A stretch of DNA of 32,000 bases. It comes from Candidatus Baldrarchaeota archaeon. GTDB taxonomy: Archaea > Asgardarchaeota > Baldrarchaeia > Baldrarchaeales > DXJG01. The stretch covers positions 299,473 to 331,472 of the forward strand of contig DXJG01000009.1 of assembly GCA_019056805.1 (NCBI GenBank). Direction: 5' to 3'. Below the pieces are notes generated by a model. That model was not told where the DNA came from. It made no database searches and worked only from the letters and a program-made list of their open reading frames with translations. This document shows, piece after piece, positions 17,001 through 27,577 of the stretch; position 1 is the first letter of the stretch, and each line of letters starts with the position of its first letter. Position numbers and translations under genes: made by a program.

Positions 17001-17217
17001 ATCAGTACAAGTGGAAACCGCCTACCCTCAAATAATTGCGATAAAAACACCAAAAGGGGATCATATCATACGAATACAAATAACTACAACAACGAATAGT
17101 AAGCTAACATTGATTATAACATTTACATCATGGATGATAACAGTAGCTTATATGATTATTCAACAATTATTTAATGTAACAAAAAGGAAAAAGCATTTAA
17201 ATTTCAACGAAAACTAG
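14041..17217 (+). CDS. Fusion of a GT4 (mannosyltransferase-like) domain and a GT-C-like membrane domain (PTPS-related/YfhO type)
   Basis: aa 1-400: STSPSTKCGIGIYT, FGLIRKGKG, SASGILHLAM.FGTPVI. From about aa 410: GNDTFTHLYKAW...WYLGNP..RSYSPLFY, many TM helices, and a YfhO-like C-terminal beta region (VIPITYDKNL...TPKGDHIIRI) plus a final TM. Confidence 0.8.
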   Translation: MKEETEVAVISTSPSTKCGIGIYTENLYSALPKEKRDKIVILSNDFYQGNVKYERVWKKGLDFLSPFKILHRIFKKNCRVVHLQHEWLIFGSLPANLIYAFMLYFLKLLGKKTLVTFHTIFDLNRLTEDTLKTFNIAYPLKLVKTVIKILTKLYAEASTAIIVHNEHMKKTLVKLYKVSPNKVVVIPHFVKKLPKVRRDEAKKKLGLQGKTITLLFGLIRKGKGYEYVIKAFQKVKEKNPNSILLIVGAVQTGELYWGEQYLKKLKQLVKKLELENYVRFLTRYVPDEEVPIFLSAADLLVLPYEKGKSYYSASGILHLAMNFGTPVIAAKTLQFSEIIDEENGKLVEPENIENLANTIIELLEDRKRRLRYSENLRKLAKERTVEKCAEKHWKLYQKLIKYEKIEYESKIAQILPHILVLLPILLMILNLDIINTGNDTFTHLYKAWILRQQIKTMPIWLWGQWDWTWYLGNPFLRSYSPLFYYVLATLSLVAPFWLTAKILLSVITPLAYISTYKALKYFTKNKIVSIVFATVYIYSPAHIVPFYLWGSVGQALTTIIIPQYLIQLHKAVQTNKNRNALTTALMLASIILLNMAVGFWMTLLTSIWILSKKQLMNLLKIGVCSASLTASFLYAYLTAEGIMLPVLTPLSQVEHLVEWLRNSYGISILQVELTIIAYIAVVFTYLKFRGREIEKVEKPHWEKSFEIMVAVIVITLVFSTLQIYPFSIIGGDRVLTTSGFVVVFIGAYYISKIKNLRVLKIFAVMLIVITLLTGILYQPYNPVHPGTYNELYQTIKEDPEWFRVLFLPREPWGALTPLYTNHPTLNGWYPQCLPPEVFNTLGSLITYDKYAYLERNLTVEPENTINLIRYLGVKYIIVDGKDPVFPELTQKILKSMLRTANRTNQVTLLENYTHRYLFRIENFTPVHALTYVPKNREQIPWNTEKINKIQVIQKTDILEIRIQLPQDYWIVIPITYDKNLKITLDNRSVQVETAYPQIIAIKTPKGDHIIRIQITTTTNSKLTLIITFTSWMITVAYMIIQQLFNVTKRKKHLNFNEN

Positions 17218-17347
17218 AAAGGCTTATCATTAAATGGTCTCGGAGAGTTACATTTTGAGATAAAGAGATAATAACTAAAAGTATCAACAAAAATTTATCA
17301 AAAGATAACCATTAGAAACATATCTATTTCAGGAGGAAAAGTCGGAG

Positions 17348-19546
17348 TTGAATATAAAAAGTAAGATAAAAAAGATGTTTTCTCATAAAATTTTGGAAAA
17401 TGTCTTAGTCGTCTTTTTGTTTTCTTTAACAATAATATTTTTAGTTGTTGCAATATGGGAAATGGAGCCTTTCTATAACTACAGTACGGAGAATGAAGCA
17501 ATTTTCATATTAACTCGAACAGTTTTGAAAATTCACGAAACCATATTTCAATTTTCACAAGACCTTTACATAATATACGCATATATTTGGATCGTTTTTG
17601 CAATTACCCGTTATTTAGTTGGAGCTAAAAATAAGCAAAAGATGGATGAAGATGAAGTAGAAGATATAAAGATAGAACAGAAGAATTGGAAAATATACAT
17701 ATTACATCTGTTCCTATTAACAGCCATAACTTTGATCGTATTTATGTATCGTTACATGGTTTTGTGGGTTCCACAAGGATTTGACACAGCTTGGTATACC
17801 TATATACTTAAGAAAATGCAACAAGATCCAATGCAAATATTAAAGAGATACTGGAACAGGTCGCTAGCACTTCTAATAATGTTCAGTATAACTTTAGTTT
17901 TTAGAATGACACCAGAAAATCTGATGGTGCTTTTAACACCATTAATAGGAATTTTATATGTAATTGGCGTATATTTCCTAGTTTTAACTGGAACAAAAAA
18001 TAGACTATTGTCGCTTCTTGCTGCACTATATGCTCCATTAACTTATGCGACAATAAGGTTATCCTTAGATTTATATTCAAACTATATAGCATGGACTTTA
18101 ACAATGTATGCGCTCTCACTATATATTAGGACAATAGATCTGACAAAAATACAGATAAAATATATTGTGGTAACTTCAACGCTTTTGATGGGTGTTGCAT
18201 TGACACATGTATGGGCATTTATGTTTGTAACAGCAGTCATATTCGTATACAATTTGCTAGAAATTACAATAGATAAGAGTTTTGGAAAAAATCTTCAAAA
18301 GACACTTATTATTTACGCTCCTACCATCATTTTTGTAGCATATAAACCTAGATTAATACTAGGAACACTTAAGATGCTTCGTTTATTTTTGGCACCAGAT
18401 AAATGGGAATATACTTCACAAGAAAATCCCTACATACTTATATTAGCTATTATTGGAATAATTACGCTCATGAATCAAAAACAAACTTCCTATACAAAAT
18501 TACTGATCTCATGGTTAATAGTAACATCCACAACAATGATAACCGCCCTATACTATTGGCCTTATAGATTAATGTGCCTGATGCCCATCGCAATTCTAGC
18601 AGCTCACGGAACACAAACAATAATCCGCAAAATTAAAACATACTTAAATATAAAATCGATAGAAAATGTGGTTTTTCCTTTACTAATATTCTTGGTATGT
18701 TTTACAGCAATGTTGCCACATGCATATATTCCTGATCATGTATTTAGACCCCCAGATGATGTAATGCAACAATTATACTGGATAGAACAACACTATGGCT
18801 TTGAAAATCGCAATATAATAGTGTGTATAGATATTTGCCCACCTTCCATAAGCGGGGAGGGTTACAGCAATTATTATAAGTGGGCAATAGCGACAGTGGG
18901 GAATATCGTGTATGATGCTCCGCTTCTACATTTGCTTCAAAATCTACCCGATGAGCATAATATAAGATACAAAGGTATTGCAGAGAAAATAATAGTGATA
19001 CCAGATAAATTATACCAGATGAGCCCACTAGAGTATCAAATTACTGAAAAAATTTCGGAACTGGGAATATATAGAGTGAAAGTTAAAGATTTAACGCAAA
19101 TAGGGCAAGTAATAAAAAATAGTAGCATATGGATGGAGGATAGCTTTAGGCTAGAAGAATGGAAGGTAATATCTGGTTATATAGACTTTAAACATCAAAT
19201 ATTGAGTGTAAGTGGTGTGTTGAATATATCATTAACCCCATTATATCCAAACAAATGTCTTACTATAGAGAGGTGGCTTTCGGAACCATTATATCAAACA
19301 AGATACTTAATAATGAAGGTACAGGGAGAAGTAGATTCTTTAGATTTTATCGTTGAGGTGTGGTCAGATACACAGTGGTTAGCAGGGGTAAACTTTAAAA
19401 AATATTTGTCATCGACAAAATATACATATCTTGTAGTAAAACTCTCACCAGACATGCCTATATGGAGAATAAGAATAGCCTTCCAAAATCAAAATATAAT
19501 CAGCACAGAAAGCCACGTTCAAATAGATTACATAGCTTTAATCTAA
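17348..19546 (+). CDS. Multi-pass membrane protein, putative GT-C glycosyltransferase with soluble C-terminal domain
   Basis: PQGFDTAWY loop motif after the first TMs, about 11-13 hydrophobic segments, soluble C-terminal third. AGGAGG RBS before TTG 17348. Confidence 0.55.
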   Translation: MNIKSKIKKMFSHKILENVLVVFLFSLTIIFLVVAIWEMEPFYNYSTENEAIFILTRTVLKIHETIFQFSQDLYIIYAYIWIVFAITRYLVGAKNKQKMDEDEVEDIKIEQKNWKIYILHLFLLTAITLIVFMYRYMVLWVPQGFDTAWYTYILKKMQQDPMQILKRYWNRSLALLIMFSITLVFRMTPENLMVLLTPLIGILYVIGVYFLVLTGTKNRLLSLLAALYAPLTYATIRLSLDLYSNYIAWTLTMYALSLYIRTIDLTKIQIKYIVVTSTLLMGVALTHVWAFMFVTAVIFVYNLLEITIDKSFGKNLQKTLIIYAPTIIFVAYKPRLILGTLKMLRLFLAPDKWEYTSQENPYILILAIIGIITLMNQKQTSYTKLLISWLIVTSTTMITALYYWPYRLMCLMPIAILAAHGTQTIIRKIKTYLNIKSIENVVFPLLIFLVCFTAMLPHAYIPDHVFRPPDDVMQQLYWIEQHYGFENRNIIVCIDICPPSISGEGYSNYYKWAIATVGNIVYDAPLLHLLQNLPDEHNIRYKGIAEKIIVIPDKLYQMSPLEYQITEKISELGIYRVKVKDLTQIGQVIKNSSIWMEDSFRLEEWKVISGYIDFKHQILSVSGVLNISLTPLYPNKCLTIERWLSEPLYQTRYLIMKVQGEVDSLDFIVEVWSDTQWLAGVNFKKYLSSTKYTYLVVKLSPDMPIWRIRIAFQNQNIISTESHVQIDYIALI

Positions 19547-20240
19547 AATCTTAATTAACGCCAAATTACATATTTGCATATTTTCTCTCCAAAAACTATT
19601 ATTTGGTCTTAAATATTGCTTTGAAACTAAAAGCTAACGGGCGAATATAATGTAAATTTTTTCTAACAATGCTATAACTGGAAATAGTTAACAAAAATGC
19701 AACTTCTAATTTGCTTAGTAACATACTGTAAATGTATTATTTTTCTTGTCGAATTCATTTTTCTCAAAAATTATACCTCTTAACATACTCATCTTAATAT
19801 TAAGAAAAAAATACATTGATAAATAGCACATATGAATGTAGCATTGTATATTTTGAATTGCTGGGATAAAAGAAGAGGAATAGAAACTTTTATTAATCAT
19901 AACTTATTGTTTTGGCAATTGTAGCTTACTGTGTAGCGGAGTGTTTTTTATTGATTGAATTTGCTTGCAGTTTTTTCTAACGTAGAGTCTCTAATCTTAA
20001 TAGTAATTCTCTTCCCAAATGGAAATATACTAATATCGTGTGAAAGTGACATCAAGAAGGAAGTACATGTTTTTTGATTTTTGTTTTGTCTACTTTTATC
20101 TGTAGTGTCCTTTGGTTATCGTTATTTTGTATTTTCGTCTCCACACGGATGAGGCATGTCAATATACATTTACTATCCTGGGGGAATTTCAAAGAATTCT
20201 AGGTTCCTTTTTATTTACGAATTGTGTACATCATCAAAAA

Positions 20241-21194
20241 TTACGTACTATTCTTTGTATTCGTTTTCTTAGTGATCGTATAAAGTATAAGAGCAGTAAA
20301 CATTGCAAACACGCCGACAATAATAGATGTTATAGCCAACAACATAGTTCCTAATGCCAATTGTCTTATCTGAAAATACCTATAGATAACATAAAATAGT
20401 ATAAAAAATCCTCCAATAAACGCGATTAAACCGGGAGCACCGACCATTAATAAGGGTCTTTTTTCTGCAATATAATTTAGAATTGTAGCTAAAACTTCAA
20501 AACCGTGTTTAAAAGGGTTTCTTTTTACTCTTATACCTTTATACCTACATGTAATGGGTACTTCTTTAATTCTTAAACCTTTAGCTTTTAGTATAATTTC
20601 AGTATCAACTCCAATACCGTCTGTTGAAATTTCTATTTGCTCTAATGCTTTTCTAGAATAAGCTCTAAATCCGCTTTGTGTATCAGTAACATTGACATTA
20701 CCAGCAGTATTAGTGAGTTTACTCAGAAATTTATTTCCTATTTTTCTATGCAAAGGTATTTCATCGTTAATATCACCTAAAAAACGAGAACCATTAACAA
20801 TATCCACCTCACCCGTCAATATTGGCTTAATCAATCTTGGAATATCATTCGGATCATGCTGATTATCAGCATCTAACGTAACAACAACATCTGCACCCAA
20901 TTCTAGCGCTTTTCTAAAAAGACTACGCAACGCAGCACCCTTGCCCATGTTTTTTTCATGTCTAATAACTATCGCTCCCAATCTTTCAGCAATTTCTCCG
21001 GTCAAATCTTGTGATCCATCATCACAAACCAGAACTTTATCAACATATTTCTGTGATAATAATATTATTTTTCCGATAGTATATTCTTCGTTGTAAGCTG
21101 GAATTGCAGCAACAATGAACACTTTACCTTTAAACGGGGTTTTATTTTCGACCTGCATATTATTGGCACCTAAATTGCTGAACTTTTTCTTCAT
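20241..21194 (-). CDS. GT2 DPM1-like glycosyltransferase with two C-terminal TM helices
   Basis: IPAYNEE, DDGSQD, NMGKGAAL, LDADNQHDP, GSRF, DTQSGFRAY. True start may be the MQVENK ATG. Confidence 0.9.
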   Translation of the reverse strand: MKKKFSNLGANNMQVENKTPFKGKVFIVAAIPAYNEEYTIGKIILLSQKYVDKVLVCDDGSQDLTGEIAERLGAIVIRHEKNMGKGAALRSLFRKALELGADVVVTLDADNQHDPNDIPRLIKPILTGEVDIVNGSRFLGDINDEIPLHRKIGNKFLSKLTNTAGNVNVTDTQSGFRAYSRKALEQIEISTDGIGVDTEIILKAKGLRIKEVPITCRYKGIRVKRNPFKHGFEVLATILNYIAEKRPLLMVGAPGLIAFIGGFFILFYVIYRYFQIRQLALGTMLLAITSIIVGVFAMFTALILYTITKKTNTKNST

Positions 21195-21733
21195 CTCGCT
21201 AAATCATCTTACTTTTGTACCCTACTTATTATAGTTGTCTTTAGAATATGATGAAGGTACTAATTAATGAATTAATGAAGTGTCACATTTAATAATTTCG
21301 AATTGGTATAAATATAAGGAGTTACCGGATCAGTTCTTATGTTTAATGAAGCGAGAAAAGTGAACATGTTACAGAAAACATCCAAGTTTTTAAAGAGAAA
21401 TCATCTGTAAATCTCCAGTTTCAAACTATAAAAAAGAACATTCTCCTATTGGCGTTATACGTCCAAGAGAAGTATATATCAAGTATAACATAAACTATAT
21501 TTTAACCACCCATTAACTCAATAATTTTTATGTAAAAATGTATTCTCAATTAACAATTCATAAACATCTACATCTTTAGCTTTTATTCCATAAAAGGCTT
21601 GCCAATGTTTACTTCATAATTTAATATCCAATGTTGATTTTCTGATAATCCAAAGTGTTAAATAGAACAATTATTCAATCTGTATATTTGCTGAATTAAT
21701 CTGAAAAACAATATATTAGAGAAAATGTAAACT

Positions 21734-23962
21734 ATGGATAAACATACAGAAAGGGGAAAGTCAATGATGGAAATCCTAATTACACTTTTTAGATTAATAA
21801 GCTGGTCTATCTTTATCTGGTGGTTACCAGGATATCTTATAAGAAAAACAATATCTTACTTGATAACTAATAAGGACATACTACATGAAACTATAAAAGA
21901 AAAAACTATATTATTTCTCATAGACTTAGGCTTAGGTCTTAATTACCTTACTTTACTGGGATATTTAATAGATATTATCTTTTTCTTTTGTTTTTCGATA
22001 ATTTTTTTAGCTAATTTAATCGTTATAATTTCACTTTCACTCTTTCTTTTGATTAAATTTAAAATAAATATTTCTAAAATATGTTTAAAAAGATTTTTTT
22101 CGTTACCAGACATTAAAAGAATATTATCTCCCCTTTTCCCAATAGGTATCTTTATTTTTCTTGTTTTCGTTAACTGGTACGCTAATCTTTTTAGCCCATT
22201 TATATATCCTTCGGATCCGCTTTATTGGCTTTTTCATAGTAGATTTCTACTTTTTAATGGTGAATTATATTATATTTTTTACGAAGCATCGAGAGGGTTT
22301 TCTTTAAAATACCCCTTGGGTATTGTGTATCTTCTTTCTATGTTAGCGATAGTCGATCCGATACTTTCGTATGATTTAGTTAAACTTCTTCCTATCATAT
22401 TTGGATCGTTATCTTTAGCCTCGGTTTATTTTACGATAAAATTACTAACCAAAAAAGTATATCCTGCATTAGTTAGTATGATATTTGTTGGAAGCAATTA
22501 TGTTTGGATTTGGTTTTCTAGATTATACGTAGCTCATAGAATAGTGGAATTTTTAGTGCCTATATCCTGGCTTTTTGTTGCTATTATTTTTGATGATTCG
22601 GTAACTAAATTAGATTCACATAAAACAAGAAATCAATCTCAACGAGGTTTTGTAATATTTTTGTCAGCTATATTGAGTACTATCCTTATCTATCATCCAA
22701 TATTGTTTGTCTTAACAATATTACCTATACTAGTTGTTCAATTATTAGATGTGAAAGAAATTAAGGAAAGTATTTTTGTAAGACTTAAATTTTTTATATT
22801 GATAATTAGTTATATAATTATCTTCACATTACCCTATTTTTTCTCACTTATAATTTACATATATAGTATATGGAAACATAGGAACCTGTTTGTATTAGGA
22901 CTATTACTAACAAGTAAGGCTAACATAAGATGGCTTTTTCCCACACAAGATTTATTGCGTTATATTCTGATACCATTTAGTTCGTGGAATAATTTACCTC
23001 TAGTGTACTTCATGATCTCTCTATCAATTATTGTAAAAGCACGACAGAAAATTGACAGAAAAATCTCTATTTTTGTTAAAATAAACCTTTTCGCAGTTCT
23101 TTTGTACTATATGTACTATATTTCACCCATAATTGGAGGATATAATTCGAATCTTGATAAATTCCTTTCTATTATCCATCTTAGTGTATACCTACCAACG
23201 AGAATGACGTTACATATGACGATACCTATAACAAACTATATAGCGATAGGTATTTATATCCTGCAGAAAAACTTAGAAAATCAATTGACCCACCTAAAAT
23301 CTGGAAATACCCTTCATTTAATTAGATCTATAATAACATCTTTCCATAATAATTGGTATAAAGTAGCTCGAGTGATTATGATAACACTAATACTTACCTC
23401 GGGCTTTTTGATTCAAATCAACTGGACTATTAAAAAATTTGAGAGCGTCACATTTAGTGGCGGTGTTCGGTTAGATACCATTGAATTTATAAGGTACATA
23501 GATGAAAACATACCCACGAATTCTGTAATCTTAGCAGATGAAGGTGACTCATACATCCTATGGAAGAATATATCATTAATAACAAAAACAAAGCAATTAG
23601 GATTCTCAAATCCGCTAACATATGATTATCTTCTATGGTTCTTGATCAGAAGAGAGAACCGTATTAATGGTATTGAGTATGTAGGTCAAATATGGTACGT
23701 ACAACACGCGATTTATCCACGCATCATTATAGGGTATGAAAGCCTTTTCAGATTAAGTATTAACAATGTTTCATTGGTTATATCATTTTTAAGGAACATT
23801 ACAGATATTGATTACTTAGTTTTCTTCTTTCCAAACAAGTATAACCTACTCGTCAAAGAATTATCTCATATGTACGAGATAATGTATAGCTCCCCTACAG
23901 GTTCAATAATAATGTTTGATTTACACTACAATAAGGTTAAAAGTAATGAAGAGATGTTCTAA
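21734..23962 (+). CDS. Multi-pass membrane protein, putative GT-C fold
   Basis: LPGY N-terminal TM, PSDP...H and YPLG loop motifs, many TMs, then IRYIDENIPTNSVILAD resembling the soluble domain of GT-C/AglB-like proteins. Confidence 0.5.
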   Translation: MDKHTERGKSMMEILITLFRLISWSIFIWWLPGYLIRKTISYLITNKDILHETIKEKTILFLIDLGLGLNYLTLLGYLIDIIFFFCFSIIFLANLIVIISLSLFLLIKFKINISKICLKRFFSLPDIKRILSPLFPIGIFIFLVFVNWYANLFSPFIYPSDPLYWLFHSRFLLFNGELYYIFYEASRGFSLKYPLGIVYLLSMLAIVDPILSYDLVKLLPIIFGSLSLASVYFTIKLLTKKVYPALVSMIFVGSNYVWIWFSRLYVAHRIVEFLVPISWLFVAIIFDDSVTKLDSHKTRNQSQRGFVIFLSAILSTILIYHPILFVLTILPILVVQLLDVKEIKESIFVRLKFFILIISYIIIFTLPYFFSLIIYIYSIWKHRNLFVLGLLLTSKANIRWLFPTQDLLRYILIPFSSWNNLPLVYFMISLSIIVKARQKIDRKISIFVKINLFAVLLYYMYYISPIIGGYNSNLDKFLSIIHLSVYLPTRMTLHMTIPITNYIAIGIYILQKNLENQLTHLKSGNTLHLIRSIITSFHNNWYKVARVIMITLILTSGFLIQINWTIKKFESVTFSGGVRLDTIEFIRYIDENIPTNSVILADEGDSYILWKNISLITKTKQLGFSNPLTYDYLLWFLIRRENRINGIEYVGQIWYVQHAIYPRIIIGYESLFRLSINNVSLVISFLRNITDIDYLVFFFPNKYNLLVKELSHMYEIMYSSPTGSIIMFDLHYNKVKSNEEMF

Positions 23963-23972
23963 TAGCTAAACA

Positions 23973-25238
23973 TTGGATGGTGAAAAAGTGATTACTATTC
24001 TGATTATATCACCATCGGACTTTCCAGGTGTTACCGGCGATTTCACCAATTATTACGAATTAATAAAAGCGATAGTAAAAATGGGACATCGTGTAATTCT
24101 AATCTGTCCCAAAAAAGAAAATTCTGAAAAGTTTGACCGCGAAAGTTTACGGCAAGGCATTATCATAAAAAGAATACCATACCGTCCACCACGTTTGTAC
24201 GAATTTTCAAAGTTTAGAGGAAAGAATTTACTTGGTATTGTATCTATCCTAGTACGGCTCGTAGTATATCTCTTTATTGAACTTATTTATACACTACTCT
24301 TATATATACAATATAAACGTATTGCGACTGAAAAAGCATATTTAGTAAGATATCATGTATTGACATTACCTCTAATATTTCTTCTTTCATTCATAGATAA
24401 AAATAACATAGTAGTAGATGTATACGGGTTAATGGCGCATGATCTTTCTTCATTTCCAAGAAGAATTAGAAAATTCCTTCTAATTATAGAATTAGGCCTT
24501 ATATCAAGATTTAAAAAGATAAGAATTTTAAATCCGCGTATAATGAACTTATTAAATATTGGAGAAAAAGGCGAGAAGAAGAAAATTCTACTATCATATG
24601 TAGGGGTGAATATCGAAGATTTTCCCAAGGTTCGTAGTATTGATACTATCGAAAACTTTACATTCTGTTTCTATGGTGCATTAGAAAAATGGCAAGGTAT
24701 CGATTTTGCTTTGATGGTTTTTTCGGAGATCGTAAAAACATATAAAAATGCTACCTTTTATATAATAGGGAGGGGTAGCCTAAAAGAATACCTAATAAAA
24801 AAAGTAAAACAATTAGGGATAGAACATAATGTCATGTTTGTTTCTCCCGTTCCTCGAGAAAAGTTATTACAGGATTGGTTTAATAAGTTTCGTTTTGTTT
24901 TTTTGCTACGTCCTCCAGAGTTTTCATCAAGTATGATACCAGTGAAGTTAGTTGAGTCATTAATTGCAGGTAAGATTGTAATTAGAACACCATTTAATAC
25001 AATATTCGATGTTATTTTAGATAAATGTACTATTACAGTAAATTATGGAAAAGTTAACGAAACAAAATATAAGATTTTAAGACTTTTAAATAATGAAGAA
25101 AAACAAATTGAAATATCTAAAAAAGCTATGCAATGTGCACGATTCTTCGATACTAAAAAACTCGCTAAAGAATTAATTTCTTTCGTTAGAGATGTACAAG
25201 TGATTAAACCCGATATGAGTGAGGTGGTAACTCTATGA
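23973..25238 (+). CDS. GT4 glycosyltransferase
   Basis: GHRVILICP, FYGALEKWQGID, PVKLVESLIAGKIVI. Confidence 0.8.
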   Translation: MDGEKVITILIISPSDFPGVTGDFTNYYELIKAIVKMGHRVILICPKKENSEKFDRESLRQGIIIKRIPYRPPRLYEFSKFRGKNLLGIVSILVRLVVYLFIELIYTLLLYIQYKRIATEKAYLVRYHVLTLPLIFLLSFIDKNNIVVDVYGLMAHDLSSFPRRIRKFLLIIELGLISRFKKIRILNPRIMNLLNIGEKGEKKKILLSYVGVNIEDFPKVRSIDTIENFTFCFYGALEKWQGIDFALMVFSEIVKTYKNATFYIIGRGSLKEYLIKKVKQLGIEHNVMFVSPVPREKLLQDWFNKFRFVFLLRPPEFSSSMIPVKLVESLIAGKIVIRTPFNTIFDVILDKCTITVNYGKVNETKYKILRLLNNEEKQIEISKKAMQCARFFDTKKLAKELISFVRDVQVIKPDMSEVVTL

Positions 25239-26419
25239 CTTGTATTCTTATGGTTACCCCCTTTTTTTCTCCAGACCACGGAGGTATTGTTTATCACGTA
25301 GAAAATATAGTAAAGAATCTGATTAAGAGAGACCATAAAATCATATTAATAACGCAAATTCTAGAATCGAAAAAATCGATAATAAAAGAGCAATCAAAAG
25401 AAAGTTCTAAATTGATAATCTATAGGATAAAGTCATTTAGTCCTCCGAGCTCTTTATATATTACCCTAAAAAGCTTTAGGATCCCTCAGATAAATGTATT
25501 CAAGCTTTTAGATAATATTGACAGGAAAAACAAAATTGATGTCGTACACGCTCATGGTCATCATTATCCTTTATCTTGGCTTGCACTTTATTGGGGTAAG
25601 AAAAGAAAAAGAAAAACAGTATTAACACTTCATGGAATGTATGCGCTTGATCCTCAAAAACCAGGTGGTAAAACTTATATTGAGGAACTCTTCAACTATG
25701 TGATCTTTTCGAGAATATTAGCAAATACTACACATCTAATTGGATTAACAAAATCATTAGCTAGATACGCACTAAAATATACCCTAACATCCCCAATCAT
25801 TCATATAATTCCTAACGGGACGGACATCGATAAGTTCGAAAAAAATCTTGACAAAAAAGACTACTATAGAGAAAAATATGAGCTTCCAATAAATGCAAAA
25901 ATAATACTTTACAGGGGGCGTTTTTCTCAAGTTAAAGGCTTACCAGAATATATAAGTGTAGTTAAGAAAATTGCACAAAGGAGAAAAAATTTGTTATTTC
26001 TTTTTATAGGAGGAGGAGATCTTAAGCCTTTTATGCAAAAAACACTAAGAGAACTTGATAACGTGAGGTTGCTTGATTGGCAACCACCAGAGTTGATCCA
26101 TGAGCTGTACATTGCTTCTGATATATTTGTTTTGCCTTCTAGATGGGAAGCTCTTCCCATCACACTCATAGAAGCTATGGCTGCGCGGCTTTTTATTATG
26201 ACAACCCCTGTTGGAGGAATACCTGATATCTTAGAAAAATATGACAAAAAAATTTATGTACAACCTAAAAATCCGTTAGATTTGTATAAAAAACTAACCC
26301 ATGTTATCACTAATAAATTAGATGAAAAACAAATAAGTGAAAATTCTTTAAGAAAATACCTAGAAAAGTTTTCTTGGACTTTTATATCAGAAAAAATAGA
26401 GCAAATATATTCTACATAG
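25235..26419 (+). CDS. GT4 glycosyltransferase
   Basis: PFFSPDHGG, VHAHG, IPNGTD, LPSRWEALPITLIEAMAA (EX7E); ATGA overlap with the upstream gene. Confidence 0.92.
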   Translation: MTCILMVTPFFSPDHGGIVYHVENIVKNLIKRDHKIILITQILESKKSIIKEQSKESSKLIIYRIKSFSPPSSLYITLKSFRIPQINVFKLLDNIDRKNKIDVVHAHGHHYPLSWLALYWGKKRKRKTVLTLHGMYALDPQKPGGKTYIEELFNYVIFSRILANTTHLIGLTKSLARYALKYTLTSPIIHIIPNGTDIDKFEKNLDKKDYYREKYELPINAKIILYRGRFSQVKGLPEYISVVKKIAQRRKNLLFLFIGGGDLKPFMQKTLRELDNVRLLDWQPPELIHELYIASDIFVLPSRWEALPITLIEAMAARLFIMTTPVGGIPDILEKYDKKIYVQPKNPLDLYKKLTHVITNKLDEKQISENSLRKYLEKFSWTFISEKIEQIYST

Positions 26420-26470
26420 TTTGCTTAATAATTTAAAGAAGAAAGTAAAGCAAATGGGGTAAGATGATAG

Positions 26471-27577
26471 ATGATAAGGATACTCATAGTATCACCAAAA
26501 TACCCCTCATATGAAAATAAACATGCATTTGGCTTCGTTCATGCAAGAGTTAAAGTTTATCTTAGCAAAGGTTTGCAAGTTAAAGTATACGTACCTAGTA
26601 ATAAATTTTATAGATACACCTATGAGTCCGTGGAAGTTTATAAGGCTCCATATAAATACTTAAAAGAAATATTAAGTGATTTTGATCCAGATATAATTTG
26701 TATTCATTCTCTAATACCCACAATGTTAAAAATAATAAACGCGGTTTCAAAACCAATAGTTGTATGGATTCACGGTGCTGAAGTCCTAATAAGATCACTA
26801 CATCACTATTATCCACCCTTTGGGTTTAAAAATACTACGATTAGGGTACTTAGTTTTCTTTATGACATATTTAGAAACACGCTTCTTAGAATATTGCTTC
26901 AAAAAGTAAACGCTATTATTTATGTTTCCCACTGGATGCAAAATATGGCTGAAAAGTACCTCTTATATCGTCACCCAAACTCCCATGTTATTCCTAATCC
27001 AGTAGATACTAATTTATTTAAGCCATTCACAACAAATAAACAGAGAATTCCTTCATCTGGTGTCACAGTAAGAGCGCTAGAATGGAAGTACGGTATAGAT
27101 ATAGCGACAAAAGCATTTTCGAATTTTAGAAAGAGTTCTCTTACAATTATAGGTCAAGGATCTCTTGAACCGTATTTAAGAAAATTAGCCAAGAAATTAA
27201 ACTCTAGTGTTAAATTTGTCACAAAAGGAGTTGACCATGAAAAATTACCAAGAATTTACAATGCTCATGGTTTTTTTGTGGCTCCTAGTCGTACAGAAGC
27301 TCAAGGTGTAGCGATGTGTGAAGCAATGGCGTCAGGTCTGCCTGTAATAGCAACAAATGTGGGAGGGATTCCAGAATTTGTGATCGACGGGCATAACGGG
27401 TTATTAGTCCCTCCTGAAGACCCGTTAAGCCTAAGACGAGCTATTACAAGAATGATCTCTGATGAAGAATTATATTACGAATTAGCTAAAAACGCTAGAA
27501 ATTTTGCTGTTAAGAACTTCTCTCACGAAGTAATATTTAACAGGGAACTTAAAATATTCAAGGAAATCATAAGTTAG
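26471..27577 (+). CDS. GT4 glycosyltransferase
   Basis: IPNPVD, PSRTEAQGVAMCEAMASGLPVIATNVGGIPE (EX7E). Confidence 0.92.
   Translation: MIRILIVSPKYPSYENKHAFGFVHARVKVYLSKGLQVKVYVPSNKFYRYTYESVEVYKAPYKYLKEILSDFDPDIICIHSLIPTMLKIINAVSKPIVVWIHGAEVLIRSLHHYYPPFGFKNTTIRVLSFLYDIFRNTLLRILLQKVNAIIYVSHWMQNMAEKYLLYRHPNSHVIPNPVDTNLFKPFTTNKQRIPSSGVTVRALEWKYGIDIATKAFSNFRKSSLTIIGQGSLEPYLRKLAKKLNSSVKFVTKGVDHEKLPRIYNAHGFFVAPSRTEAQGVAMCEAMASGLPVIATNVGGIPEFVIDGHNGLLVPPEDPLSLRRAITRMISDEELYYELAKNARNFAVKNFSHEVIFNRELKIFKEIIS

Noticed and set aside
19940-20190. Two short minus-strand ORFs (about 46 and 34 aa, TGATG-coupled) with faint RHH-like strands
   Set aside because: Too short, no convincing RBS or family motif; could be decayed genes but cannot be supported.
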